This document shows, in pieces, positions 40,001 through 55,000 of a DNA stretch of 64,000 nucleotides (its first letter is position 1; each line of letters starts with the position of its first letter). The DNA comes from Owenia fusiformis (Eukaryota). The notes below the pieces were generated by a model. That model saw only the letters and a list, made by a program, of their open reading frames with translations, was not told where the DNA came from and did no database searches. The stretch spans positions 24,056,001 to 24,120,000 of the forward strand of contig CAIIXF020000001.1 in NCBI GenBank assembly GCA_903813345.2. Direction: 5' to 3'. The position numbers and the translations under genes are program-made.

Positions 40001-43000
40001 ACATTTTAAAAGACACTTGTAGAATATTGTCTATTTCTACTTTTTATTAAAGCCTTAGGATTGAAATACATGTTGTGAATAGATAAGAACGTATTGTTTC
40101 CTAGCTTCACAAAGCAATACCTGGATGATGTCCGAGGTCTGGGGGAGGGGGCTGTCTGTGGACTAGCAACGTTCCTTGGGGAGAGAACCTCATGCTCTTG
40201 ACTCCCTCTCCTCAAGTGATTGTGTAGAATCTTAGTGGCACCATCCTGGAATGTTTTTGGCAGGTGGGACAGCATCATAGAAAACTCTGGTGTGTTCAGG
40301 TTAAACATGGCTATAAGACAGGATTGGGCTGCCTGAAAGAGAATATTACAATATAAAGTTAGATAAATGTGAGAAAAATTAAAACAAACAATTGCAGAGC
40401 ATCATCTATACTAGGGCTGGTAAAGAACTGAATGGAAATAAGACAGAGTCAATAAAGACATAAATGTATCATGGAATTACACATGAAGTTCTCAAGTAAT
40501 GTAGTGACTATTGACCAGAATATAATTCAAGTAAATTGTGTCACATGTTGGATGTAGCATTGGTAATAGTTACAACGGATTGCTCACTTCAGATTATCAC
40601 TTAGAAAGTAGCCTATGGCACCACTATGGGTCTAGCCAATGTAAAACATGTTATACAAGTGGCACAGGCCATCCCTTGAGCCTCATTCCCAGTGAGTGTC
40701 TTCCTACCTTTCTAACTTCCGCACTTTTTGGCTCAGTTGTCCATGTGATGATTCTGGATATAGCCAGCCTGGTGTCACTAGAGTTATTAAAGTCACTTGG
40801 GTCCATGACTGTGCTCAATTGATGCAAGTAGTTTAATAGGGCTATTTTAACCTAAAACAAAAGGTACAAGCATATTGTAGGATGATGAAAGTGTTTAATT
40901 GGTCTTGTGGTTGTTTTAACATGAGATCTAAAAGCACATGTATTTAACATGAAATTCAATGGGATGCAGCTTGACATTAGGTTAAGATGATTGTTTTTAA
41001 TCATGATGATATGTGATGATTCTATTGACAATGAGATAGTTCGCTAAACAATAAATGAAAGAAAATTGACAATTCACAAAGCACAGGAGCTTCACTATGT
41101 AATGTGACATCACAATAGTACAGCAGTACTATGTAATGTTACACCAAAAGCTGATCGAATTATAATTTAAACAGAGAAATTATTCAATACACTCTCACAG
41201 TAAGCATATAGCTATATGTGTATCATGCTTTTTCAGCAACACACATTGTGAACAATTAACTCAGTTTAGGACTATAGCTTGAAATCATAAAGCTTGTATG
41301 TACAAACAAAAAAGTATGACACAAAAATTATAATTTGCATTCTCAAAAGCATGTGTTACTCCAAATCACATAGCAGTGTATAATAGACAGCCAAGTACTA
41401 GCTGGCTACAGCCAATACAGAGAATATTCAAACTTGGGAGAATATGCCCCATATCAACTATCTTATGCCAATCCTGATGATCAAAACTAAAGTAATCCAG
41501 TCATAAACTGATACAGGATTGCATTGATTCTATCCAGTGTGAAGAGTGAGTATAAGGGTACATATGTACAAATATATATAAGGTATATGGGGAAGAATGA
41601 GTTCGGCTAAGGGAAAACATTAATAAGGTTCACATAAATGCAGGTGGACACAAAACTTCATTACAAATCCATTCCACACTATGTACACTAATTCTGTTCA
41701 CAATATTTCAAAAGCTGGCGAGCTAGGAAATCTCAAATCATGCTTTGAAATATCATGTCATTGGAAATGTGTGTAGCAGAGTTGCAATGAAGCAATATAT
41801 AGATGTAGATTGTAGATGTACTACTATACCTTCACCTAGGGAAGCAAAAGACAGAGGAATACAGAATTATTTTAATATCCTAACACTGTGACACCATGAA
41901 ATTGTGACACTGTGACACTGTCGTGTGACACCTAACATACAATAAACAGAAACAATACCAATGGATACCAAACATATGTCTATCAAAGAAGCAGTATGTA
42001 AAACATGGGAATATTTTAAATGTTGAATAAACCTTCAGTGCTATATAACTTTGGACAACCCTGTTTTCTTCTGCTTTTTTACTCTATTTCCATTACATGT
42101 TCTAATAATACTTACTTTAAGATTTGGCGTTTGTGTCTGGTCTATTATGAATTTTGTTAGTAATTTAAACTGGCTGTCATATGGAAAAGATTCCCTGAAA
42201 TAAAATCAATGAAAGTTTTCAACATATAATATTAGGCATATGAAATGCATCCTAGAATGTTCAATCAGAGATGCCCCTTGCATATCTATTTAGTAAATTT
42301 ACATATAACTTTTATGAAGATGAATTCATCCATAAACATGTATTGGCTTTTTGAATATTTTATGGTTAATATGGTTCTTAATTTTTTTTGTGTTTTCTAA
42401 TGTTGCTCTCTGTGCTTTTAGATTGTTCACTTTAGAATTGAAAGTGATAAGAACAGAATGCCATTTCAGATCCTTACCTAACCAAATCTAATGCTTTGAG
42501 AACCTTCATTTGTATAGAGCCTAACATATCAGAGCCCATTTTGTTCAGCAGTCTGGTTAGTAATATGTATAACCAGTCATTTAAATCTTGCCTATGTACA
42601 GAGAGAAAGTCAACTAACGTCTCCAGGAACATACTAAAAACCTGAAAACATAAAAAAATATGCTAAGTGAAATTAATGTACATACAGTACAAGACCTCCA
42701 AGTGTTTCATTCAATAGTGTGTGAGAGATGATCTATTTGCCTTTTGAGGGTATGATTGATACATTTGGTCAATTCATTTGTCATCCTCATGCTTATAGGT
42801 TGAATCTAGAATCTACACTATATCAACTTAAAACTCCTGCCCTGAAGGCAAATCTAAAAAGAAATCTGCAATATCATTTCTGTAGAGTATAGAAAGATTA
42901 GGAAATGATATTTATTACTGTGATTATTTAGAAGCAATTGCCAACCCTACTTAAAGTAAAAGTGAAGAAAAACAATGCAAAGGTAAACTTACCTTCCCAT

Positions 43001-46000
43001 GTGGGTCATGGAACATTCTGGTAAATATTTCTGTAACTTTTTTCAATTCAATACGACTGGAAAATAAAGAGTATAGATATGTTATAAATATATTTGATAG
43101 TAAATCTGTGCCACCAATTTTATCCAAAATGAATATTCACGTTATTGTTGTATATGAAATTCTTTTGTTTACACTAATAATTTTTTATGATACATGATAC
43201 ATTTTAGAGGTAATAGCATGAATAACTGCCTTACTTTAGGTATCTTGAACCACTGAGCAGGCCTTGCAGGGCTATTAGTCCCTCTTTCCTATCAGCCCAG
43301 GATGAACTGGACATGTTAGCTAGGATATCTGACACATCCTGGAATACACATAAAACACATATAACAATAGATAAGGATAATGTTTAATGCAACCAGGTCA
43401 GAACCAATCATGAATTTAATGAGATTTCAAAATTGTGATAATGTAGATTGTTGGATACACAGAGAGTGTATTAGGTAGTAAGCTAGCACCCAAAAATGTA
43501 TTAGTTCGTGAACAAATTGAAATTACTTGTTTCTTATGTATTTTTATGTGATTCTTCAGAATTTTTTTGTCTGACGCGCCATATCCGGGGCGAAAATTGT
43601 CAAAATGGCGTTTTCGACCCTAAAATGGAAAATTACTGGGGGTACTTTATCATCACTCGATAAATCATTCTGTTAGTCTTCAATCATCATAATAATTTTA
43701 TGGGGAGTTGATTGGATCATGCTGAGGTAGTATGTAAAATTCCAATGCTCTGTCACTCATGGTTGTCATGGAAACCACAATTTTCGTTCAAAATATCCTT
43801 AATTTTGCAAAACCTGAACATGTACATCATGTAGAATATGGATTATTTTTCGAATCAATACATATCAGCACATTTTAGCACACTCAAAATAACCAGTACA
43901 GTTCAAACATTTGTTTAAATATAAAGGATATTGCAACTTACATGATTGGTCAGTGTCAAAGAACATACAATTACATGAGTGATCAAAAGTGGGCGTCGCC
44001 CCCATAATAGTAGATGATTGCTATACTCCATAAAAACAGAGTTCAACTTGACTTTTGAGATACATTTACACTAGAGTTATTTGATTATATTTTATATCAA
44101 GCATTTCTGGTAAATAATGTACATCTAAGTGTTATAGTTATTGCATTGGGGGGGGGGGGGGGGGGGGTACAGAGGGGGGGGGGGCTAGTAAAAGAATTGG
44201 GAGGAGGCAGAGCTAATCAGCCTTAAGTATAAATCTCATCTACATATATCTGGATTTCATGGGGTTCGTCTTCTGCATGGGTCTTCTTCATATTCATCTC
44301 AGTATATGGGATATTACAACTTACATGATTGGTCAGTGTCAAAGAACATACAATTACACAAGTAATCAAAAGTGGGCGTCGCCCCCATACTAGAGTAGAT
44401 GATTGCTATTCTCTATAAAAACAGAGTTAAACTTGACTTGAGATACATTTACATTGGACTGGTTATTGCATAAGGAGGGGTGAGGTTAGTAACAGAATTG
44501 GGAGGGGGCAGAGTTAATCAGCCTTAGGAATACTAATAAATTCTTTCTTTTGGACTTCTTCATAGAGTATTTTCTGGGTCTTCTTATATTAGTTATCTCA
44601 ATATACTGTATATAGTTATTATATGGGAGGGGGGTAGTAACAGAATTCGGAGGGGTGGGGGGAACAAGTCAGCATTAAGTATCAATTTCATCTTCAGAGT
44701 TCTGGATTTCATAAGATACATCTTCTGTAGTCTTTCTGATTCATCTCCTGGTGCTATATGGACAATCATTTGTCTGAGAATACCAGTCAATACCCAATGC
44801 AATGGTGGAGTCATTTAGTTTCCATCCATATCCATCTTCTGCTGGAATGTCAGGGTTTACAATATGGGCCATATGCACGATAAGTGCTTTGTAGTAAGCT
44901 CTTGACAAGGTGGAAGAAGACTGATGTCGGTTCCTTCATAGTCTTTGATTGTTTTATGGGGTCTAAACTTCTATTTCAATTGGTTTATGTGGTTTTGCTG
45001 GTGTAAGACATTGTGGCTTAACATAAATGTTTTTTTTATTATACAAGTATTAATCAATCTTCTTTTGTGTGTCCAGCACTACACTTTGCTGTATTCTGTG
45101 CTTATCCTAACACATTGATTGAAGGACTTATAAATGAAAGATATGTAGTCTTTAAAATGCACATGAGAGATGGATTGAAAATGTGTTTATTCCTTGTGAC
45201 AATATTACTCTCTGGGCCCATATCGGCCCTAAGGAAATATCATACTAAATTTCATGGATTCTCTGATGGGTTGTTTTGTTTCTGGAGCTGGCAGAAAATA
45301 CACGTTTTTCAAGATACTTCTAACAGCAGAGTGATTATGTGATGATTAAATCCAAAATTCTATAAACGAACCTGATAGGAGAAGAAGTGGGTGGTGGCAC
45401 ATCACCTTATCAAATGTAGAAATACATGAGTCCCTTAAGATTGGAATGAGTTCATGAATAAGGATGCAAACAAGAAGCAACTATAACAGTTACACTTAAT
45501 TGAATAAGACCAGAATATGCCAAGAAAAAATCTACTGTGTAGCAGGTGGGAAATGCCATATCCTTTCTAGTGATCATCATGATAAACCATGAAATTTTAT
45601 TTCTTCCCGGCCCTTTAGGTGAGACAGAAAGATGCTATGAGTATCAGAATGTCTAGTCATGGCAATACAACGACAACTATAGATGAGCCTTCTCATAGTC
45701 TGATCATTTTCATTCTTGTGATTTATCGCATGATATTGATATATCAACAATCTCTCAAGAGAAAATACCACTAAACACTTGCAGATTTGAGAGTCATTCA
45801 GCTGGGACTCAATATGGTGCTCCATCTTTTTAAAATGTGCTATCCCTTCAACGCCTGGCACTTACTTCATCTAGCAAAGGTATGAAGGCTGCATATATTA
45901 TGCCAGGCCCTAGATGGGAGTAGTAACAGAATAATTGGGAGGGAGTAGAGCTCCCTCCTAGGTCTGAAACCACTTCCCCACCCTCACCTCATGTAAAAAC

Positions 46001-49000
46001 TATACTACTAAACATATTTATGAGAAATGGTTTATATAAATTATATTTGAACATGACTGTATTCACGCCTTCTATAAACTGTGAACAAAGTCAACATTTT
46101 ACCCGGGTATATATGTCAACACTACCCTTGGTAATACAAGTAATTTGTGACATCAAGAGGGCTGTAGTAATGGCAGACCATAAGTTGAATATTCGAAAAA
46201 TTTTGGGGAGTTTTCATGTTTGAATTGTAATATATACCTCAGAGCAGGTGTGATATTGACAATGACCCCTTAGGGCTAGGTACAAAAGCTTTCGAACCCC
46301 TCACTCTCTTGCATAGCCATGTGGAGTGTATTTGTCAATATAACACCTGCTCTTCAGTCTATATTTCTTAAATAATAGAAGTATAGATGACGTATAGATG
46401 ACAGTGATCTTCTAAGCATTAAAGCAAGTGGGCGCAGTACCCACCTGAGATTTTGAAAATAGGTTTGCACCCACCTGAAAATAGGTTTGCACCCACCTGA
46501 AAATCCATATGCACCCACTTGAAAGTTAGAAAAATCATGAAAAATCAGCATATTTTGACCAATTTTGGTCTAAATTGTGAAAATGAAAATTTTGTACCCA
46601 CCTAAGAAGAAATCCTAGGGAGATCACTGGATGATCTTAAAACTCAAGTTGACCTCTGTTTGTAGAGAATGAACCATATGAGCCCCCTTCCAGTTTCTAT
46701 TACTAGCCCCCCCCCTCTCAACCTGCCTCTCATGCAATAACTATAAAACTCAGATGTCACTGGTCAGTATCGAGCGATGGTATATGCCATATAAGCCTGG
46801 TTTAGTTCAAATATCAAAGCGTTACATCAACTATAAAGTAGTTTAAGTCAATGAAAACTATAAGATGTGAGATGTACATTATTTACCTGAAATGGTTGAT
46901 ATTAAGTATAATCAAAGAAGTATAAATGATAAATATATATATATATATCTTGAAAATTCTACTTAAACCCTGTATTTATAGAGAATGGAAATCATCTACT
47001 ACTATGAAGGTGATGATGCCTACTTCTGATCACTTATGTAATGGTATGGTCTTTGACACCAATCATGTGAAATGTAGTACCTATATATTGTTATGAAAAT
47101 GAAGAAGACCCAGAAGATGTGACCTTTGAATATCCAGAACTATATAAATGAGAATTATACTAAGGCTGATTAGCTCTGCCCCCTCCAAATTCTGTTACTA
47201 CCACCCCCCCCCTCCGCTCCCCATGTAACAACTTTTACACTTATATGAACATTATATACCAGGAATGCATGATATTAAGTATATTCAAAGAACTTCAATA
47301 TAAATGTATCTCAAAAGTCAAGTTAAACTCTGTCTTTTCAGAGAATGGTAATCATTTACTATTATGGGGGCGACGCCCACTTTTGATCACTTATGTAGTA
47401 GTATGGTCTTTGACACTTACCAATTATATAAATTGCAATATCCTTTATGCTTAAACAAATGCTTGAACTTCCCTGGCCATTTTGGGTGTGCTAAAATATT
47501 CTTATATCTGTTGATTTGAAAAATAATCCTCATTCTATATTATGTACCTGTACAGGTTTGGCCAAAATTAAGGATTTTTCAATGAAAATTGTGGTTTCCA
47601 TGGCAACCATGAGTGACAGGTGATTGAACCTTAACATACTACCTCAGCATGATCCAATCAACTCCCCATAAAATTATTATGATGATTGAAGACCAACTGA
47701 AGGATTTATTCAATGATGATAAAGTACCCCCTGTAATTTTCCATTTTAGGGTCGAAAACGCCAATTTGACAATTTTCGCCCCGGATACGGCGCGTCAGAC
47801 AAACATTTTCTGAAGTATCACATAAAAATACATAAGAAACAAGTAATTTCAATTTGTTCACGAACTAATACATTTTTGGGTGCTAGCTTACTACCTATAT
47901 GTCATACATTTCAATAAGAACCATTCAACCTCTTAGATTGACTGCATAAGGCATTATGCTGATTTTTGAAGAAATAGTACAAATGACTTAAAATATTTAT
48001 GAGAGCTCCATACTTTTTAATGAATGTATTGTAAATATAACAAAAATATGTTTTTAATCTGTTAAGTTCTTTGACTTGTCAACAACAGTTTCCAGGCAGA
48101 GAATTTTGGTTGATCAACATAGAACAACTATAGAATGTAGCATGAAACCACAGCAAAGCATAGGAACTGAGGTAGTCTACAAATATAAGAGGAACATATC
48201 CTCAACAATACATGTATCAATATCTAAAACACTCAAAAGAGACCTTACGGGCATTTGTGTGTTACCCAACAAGGAGTTATTGCTTGGGGAAAGCATCAAT
48301 GTAACAGTAATAAAGCTGAAAGGTAAAACTTAACACAAGGGGTTGACAGTTAACAGAGGATACATAGAAACAGACAGTTTGTGTAAAGACAGCTTTCATT
48401 GCTTGTAATATTATGTAACTGTAAAAAAGCTGTATTTGTCTATTGGTATTCATTTAGCAAAGCCCAATATAAGTTAGAGAGAGGGCTAATTTTGAGAAAT
48501 GTTTTTTATAATTATTATAATTACAGTAAAAACTGTCAAATAGAACAAGAACACCTGCAAAGTGTAACACTTATGAGAGGCATCAAAAATGTTTTACTTT
48601 TAATGATTTTCCTGCATCTATATTATTCAAAAGTTGGGATTAATTGTTCAAGTGCCTACATTTAGTGACCCACCCTGTATAAACAATAGAATACCAAGTA
48701 GACATAAGAGACAGACACAAATGGTGACATTAATTACAACAGTACATGTACATGTATAACAATTACCTTCCTAATGCTCTCAGCTGGCTGATAATGCACA
48801 GGAGAAAACATAGAAACATGTGAGTTAATATGAAGAAATAGAGCTTGGAGAAATAAATAGAAATGGGCAAATAACTTGAATGAAAAAACAATCACAGAAA
48901 GTTGTTTCAATGGAGTAAAATGTGACATTCAGTTCAGTGTCTTGTCTTCATTGAGGTCTATGGCTCTAAAGCAGTCACAGATGAATTTGTCCAGATTTAT

Positions 49001-52000
49001 TGAATGCAAATAGCACCAATCATAAATAGCACTTGTAAGCATGCTTACTTGTGAGCCCTCCGTAGCACGTTTGAAACCATTTATTATTACATTATATCGT
49101 GTGTTTTAACATTTTGTTGAAATCAATTGAATATTCTTGTGATTGTTTTACCTTTCAGGATTTTTATTTATCAATGAGGAATGTGAGATTAAAATACAAG
49201 GGATCATTAAACTCCATGTTAAAGGTCACTCCTGAAGAATGATCCCATAACATGTTCACCAATATGGTCCATATACTATACTAGACTAGAAGCTTCTAAA
49301 GCTGTCTGCATAAGAGTGATAGAGAGAATGTCTATATGTTGGCCTTCAGTGTTTTCTTGCACAGAAATTTTAGAAATTCAAACTGAATGTGTAAGCTTAT
49401 AACATCTTCTATGAAGAAATAAATATGAAAAAATGTTATTTGGAACACTGAAAGCAGCTTTAAGAAGTGAATGTCCAAATACCTCTTCTACGGGATGATG
49501 TTTCCTGTCTTCCCGCTGCTTAGGGGAGGTAGAAAGAGAAATAGATATATAGATAGGTATATGGGGATAGATAGCATATAAGATATCTACTGAAAAGAAC
49601 TCAGACCCAGAGATCACTGTAGAGTAGTGAGATTTATATTCAGAGTTTAGTATGAATTTGGGAAGAAGCGGAAATCATTTTCTAAGTAGTTTTTAAGGGC
49701 ACTGATCATTGTATATTGGGGACCTAAACCTTTGGTGCCTAATCAGAATATTTCTTTTTCAAAAAGAGCTGAATCTCTTTTAATTTTTTTCATCAAACTG
49801 TATTTCAGTTGAAAGATCAACCAGATATAGGATATACTCTTTATTATTGAAAAAGGTTATGCTCTCTTCATGATGAATGATCAGTCCCTTTAACACAAAA
49901 TGTAACACAGAGAACTATTGGGCTTTTATTTTAATATACTCTACTATGCAATTCATTGATAAACACAGCTAATACTGAATAAAGGCATGTACATTACACA
50001 GATGAAGATATTTTCTAATTCTACTCCATGTAACTGCTAGTACATAATATAGTAAAATAAATATAATGTGTTGTGTGACTATTAGAAATAAGTATGATTA
50101 AAACACTCAATCTGGTCATTATATGAAAACACTTGCTTAAAATATCTGTGGTTTAAATCTACACACATAGTAGCTATAAAAAAAGTGAAATTAAGGGCTG
50201 TTAAACCCATTTTGAAATAAAGGGCTGTTAAACCCACCATGAAATAAAGGGCTGTTAAACCCATGGTGAAATTGTGCATTATATTAAATCTAGTGTGCTA
50301 TCTAAATTAATAGTTAATCTTTTTCAGTGATGGTTAAGATTAGGATTTTCTGAGTTTTTAGATTAAATAGAAAGCCAGTGATGATACTAAGAATGCTATA
50401 TTATCTATGTTATACAGTATTGAAGTCAGCGTAGAATATTGCACAAGAGAGTGGGCACCTATTTTAAACATTATGGTTAATAATGCTACAACCTTAAGCA
50501 AAGAAGCATGGCTTGAGAAACCGCTACATGTACAATATAAGAAAAAGCAAAGAAATAGAGGTCTATTAATGAAATTGAATGTTTTTATACCTTTCCATAA
50601 CCTGATCTTCGTCGACCACTGTCAGAATACTGCATGCAAGCAAAGCATTCATTAGTACAGCAAATAAAGCACTTGAATAGGCGACACATGGTTTATGACA
50701 GTAACACGGCAAAATAACTGATGCTATATGAAATATTAAACTGAATGACTTTTCGGTGTTTGATTTTGCTTGTACTATTGTAAGCCTATGCGTGTAGATA
50801 TGCTATAGGTTAACATCTTATGGTTTTATCTTCTCAAAGAGGAACCCCATACAAATATGCAAACACAAGAATGTAAATAAACTGAATTATAAATTATATA
50901 TAATGCAGAGAGAATTTTAGAGTCTCATTAATAGATGTGATGAACCATAAATTATCAATGTATGAGTAATGCCAGATACACCGACACCCATGTTATAAGT
51001 GAGTGTGTTTTGCTTAGATAGATTATTCCAACTCCGTATGACCTATCAGATTCAGGAATGTGTGTTATATCAGCATGTAGATGAGCCATTTCCCAACTGT
51101 GAAACACCCACATGTAGTGTCAAAGAAGAGTGCATGAAAATAGTACAATATTGCCACCATCACATGATCAATGTCCCCTAAATATGATTGGTCAGAATTG
51201 TCGTATCCCCCATTATATGTGAGTATATGTTGCATTACCTCAGATGCTCTGCTATATGAGCCATAGGATCTGTCACTGCATATACTGGATGTCTCACTGG
51301 CATCATCAGAGTCGTATGTGTCATAACGTTTACGCAGTGGTTGTCTCTGGAAAATAATTTATACAACTTACTGTTTGGCTCTTTTTTGATATTTTCAATA
51401 TTTGTACAAGGAGTTCTGTCTATCATTGCGTTTTGAGAGACAACAGTATAAACAGTATAAGTGAATTATCGCTTTGTGAAGATTTTAGGTCCATTTAGGT
51501 TTGAAATAGAATTATAGAGGGTGGAATTTATGAGTTTTCCCCTATGAATAAGTATTCCATCCACATGGTACTACAACAGTAAAACTGTAGTTTAAAAGGT
51601 TTAAGTTACGTTATCTCAACCATCTCAAATAAAGCCTTTCTTTTATGGAAGTCTGAATGTTAAAATGAATATTAGTTTTCGAATTACATTTTCACTGCCT
51701 GCTGCCTGCTCTTTGAGTTAAGAGTGCAGATAAGTTGAGGTCTCTCAAAGGGTTATATCAAACTCACCAGTTTATCTGCCAGTATTTGTTCTGCAGCTTC
51801 TACATTTCCAAGTCCTAGTACCCTCTGGGCCCCCTTTGGCCTGGGCTGTGATCTACTGCCACTTGTACGCCTTTCTCGACCTATATGAACAACTTAACCT
51901 ATTATCACTTACTCAACTAATATTCAATTTAGAAGTTACCAGGGAAATATATGCATGATGATTCAAGTTTCAACATAGTTGATTTGTTTTTCCTATGTAT

Positions 52001-55000
52001 GTCATACTTGGTTTTATGATTATGTATTCTTATTAGCATACTATGCTACAAACATCAGAATTATCGTTTAAACATCTGCATATTTTCTTAAAATGTTAAG
52101 GTGCAAATTTGCAAAGATGCTCATTATTCGGTGACACATCTAAATCAAACAGCTTACTGTATCCAACCCTGGACATGCTCGATGGACTTGTTTCTCTACT
52201 TGCCCCCTGACTACGAGGGATCCCAGACCTACGCCTGGGGCCCCCAGCTGACCCAGGGGCCAACATACCCTGATCAGGTTGCTGGTATGTGATATAATTC
52301 ATACGTGATGTCGGAGAAGTGGATCTACTGCCGGCTGGAAACAATTATATGGAAACATTCAAGCTACAATACAGACAACATCTACACATATAAGTTTCAC
52401 AGCGCTCAGCATTAGAAAATAAACAGAATGAAATGAATAGAAAATGACAACAACATTAAAAGCTATATTAGGTATAGAACAAGCCAATGATTCTCACTGC
52501 TTAAGTATCAACGATATGGTACAAATAAAAGGAAACACATGGTGGTTGAATGGCGATGTGTATAAGCCTTAGGTGAGCCCAGGTCACCATTTTATATTAG
52601 CACTCAGGGGAGGGGATAAAGCAACACTTTATGTTGAAAACATTTCAAATACATCATTCCAAAGGATGTACAAAATCTCAAGATTTTCAGAAATATTTCA
52701 AGTGAATAAACCCTAAAAATATTACAAATCTCAAGATTTCTTAACATCCTGAGCAACTTACAATTTTCCAGCACAAACATTTTATGCAAAGTATGAATAA
52801 CTGGTATATGAATGTGAATGACAGCATTGTTCTTTAAATCAAGGTGTTTGTGACCACTCGGGAGAACTTACGTTGTGAAGCAGAGACACCTATCCGTGAC
52901 CTTTGCCTTGCACTCCTGTCGGGAGTAGATAATGTATTCGACATGCCTTTCGAGGTAGAATTTGAGGAACGTGTTCGTTGTCGGGCTGTATGGCAAAATA
53001 AAGATGAAGTTAACAGAGGGCCTAATTTAAGCAGAGTCGGAGAGACATTTCAACGTAAATGGCACAATATTCATCTCCCTATCTGTGTTCATTAATACTG
53101 AAGCAGTTGAAATGTCTCCCAGGGTAGAAGCACATGCACAGGTACATATTCAGCCTTATGAAGGATACATTGACACTGTATGAGGAACAGACAAACAGTC
53201 ATTACAAATATTGGAGAAGATTCAATCAAAATGTTTCTTAGAATGTCCAGCATACAAAGTTTTGTCGTGTTTTCTCTAGTTCGATTACACTCAACTCTAT
53301 GGTTCAAAGAGTTATATAGCAAATATAGCAAAATGAACCACGTACCAAGGTTTAGTGTTTGGTATGGGATTCTTAAGCTAAACATGGTGGGAGTGAACAA
53401 CATGAGAGTATGTGTCATTTACAGACTAAAATTGCATTTCAGAGCTACTTTATGTAACATATAAATAAAACTTTCACATATTTTAGGAATATGTTTTCTC
53501 ATCAGATTTTAGAAGTGAAAGTATGCTATTGAGGAAAAATATACTTAAATACACACTTATAATTGACACTATGGTGGTTATCATCTAATGTCTACGTATA
53601 TTTCAAAGATAACATACTAGATTCGAGAAAATCGAATCGTTGTGGAATCTACGATCGTAGATCAAAATATTAGTTAAATGACCCAAATGAAAGAAAATAT
53701 TGAGAGCTATTTCAATGAGACTAATAGAATGTGCAATTCATAAAATATATTAAACAACTTTGTATCTTTTATGGTTGTATATGTCTATATAAGTATTAGG
53801 TATTGGTGCACAAACATATTGGTAAGGATTCAAATGTTGACTATTGCATACAACATGCATGCAAGTAATCTCAATAGAAATAATTTAGAAGAGTACTGAT
53901 ATCAATAACCTATAGCATAAGCAAATGTCCATCTTCGCGCGCTCCACTCTTCACTGCGTTCATTGACAGATGGGAGCCGAGTGAACGATGATGCAAATGT
54001 AATTGAGAAGTAAGAATTAAATTCATGCTAACCAGTTTACTCAAGAGTGTCATAGGAAAATTATTGATATAATACGTATACATTTATACAATAAATATAT
54101 AATTTGGAATGAATAAATTATAAAATAAAAGTAAATTGTTTTTAAATTAATGATGTTATAAAGCAGATGCAGTATGATGAACAGTTTTAAGAATTAGCTT
54201 ATTGGCCCGATATATGTTAATGCAAAGGCCAACGAAAGTTAGTAAATTCCTAAAACTGTCCATAAGACCTATATGTAAGTGTAAAGCAGGCATATAAATA
54301 AATCCATGCAGTCTACATTATCTGCAAAAGTTAACAAATAATGGGAGCAACCCTAACCTTCCAGAATTTTCTAACAATATATCGGTCTTAACTAGGTTTG
54401 TACTATACATATATAAAATGTGTGATGACAGAATACGCAAAACATAAACAGGTTGCCATAAGTACAAAGGATTTTATTCCTAACACCACAACAAAAATGG
54501 GGGGGGGGGGAGGGGGGTCATTCCTTATATACTACAGACAAATATGGATGTAGATTATGAAACATGGTCTTCCTTTCCAATTATTTCGAATGTGGAAGCA
54601 AAGTGTAAAGAACCTCTAAATCCCAAACATTTAGACATTGGGTGACATAGTCAATGCACCAGTACCACCAGCATAATGATATAAATTCGATATACCAATA
54701 CCACTGCTGGCATTTAAAAAGTACCAACTTTCCTATCCTGTGGTATCTAATGGAAATCCCAAATATGCAGGTTCCTAATGTGCAACAAAACAGTACCTCT
54801 CCAAGAAAAGGCTATAAACTTACAATTGTCTTTAGCAGCAGAGGAGTGTGTAGGCATATAAAGACGAGATGAGATATCGTTGCGCAGGTCCCAACTGCTC
54901 TGAGTATATTGAGGTTTGCCTGAGGAGCCAGAACATTCATATAGAGTCAGGAAATAACAATGCTGGTGAGTATCAAAACACACTCTAGGGCCCAGTATTA

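Larger units (their letters stand above)
43472..47897. mobile_element. Second Academ-type non-autonomous element with ~600-bp TIRs and internal duplications
   Basis: TAGGTAGTAAGCTAGCACCC...GGGTGCTAGCTTACTACCTA with 3-bp TSD TAT; internal minus-strand relic LSRAYYKALIVHMAHIVNPDIPAEDGYGWK near 44815-44910 resembles the RAxYQ...PxxxGW motif near the Academ C-terminus. Confidence 0.78.

Noticed and set aside
44147-44185. Long poly-G runs (also 54498-54518) as functional G-quadruplexes
   Set aside because: Homopolymer lengths are error-prone and the first run lies inside a transposon subrepeat.
48247-48313. 67-nt segment with good acceptor and donor in a CLASP intron
   Set aside because: Stop codon in the required phase-0 frame and no phase-compatible partner exon found.
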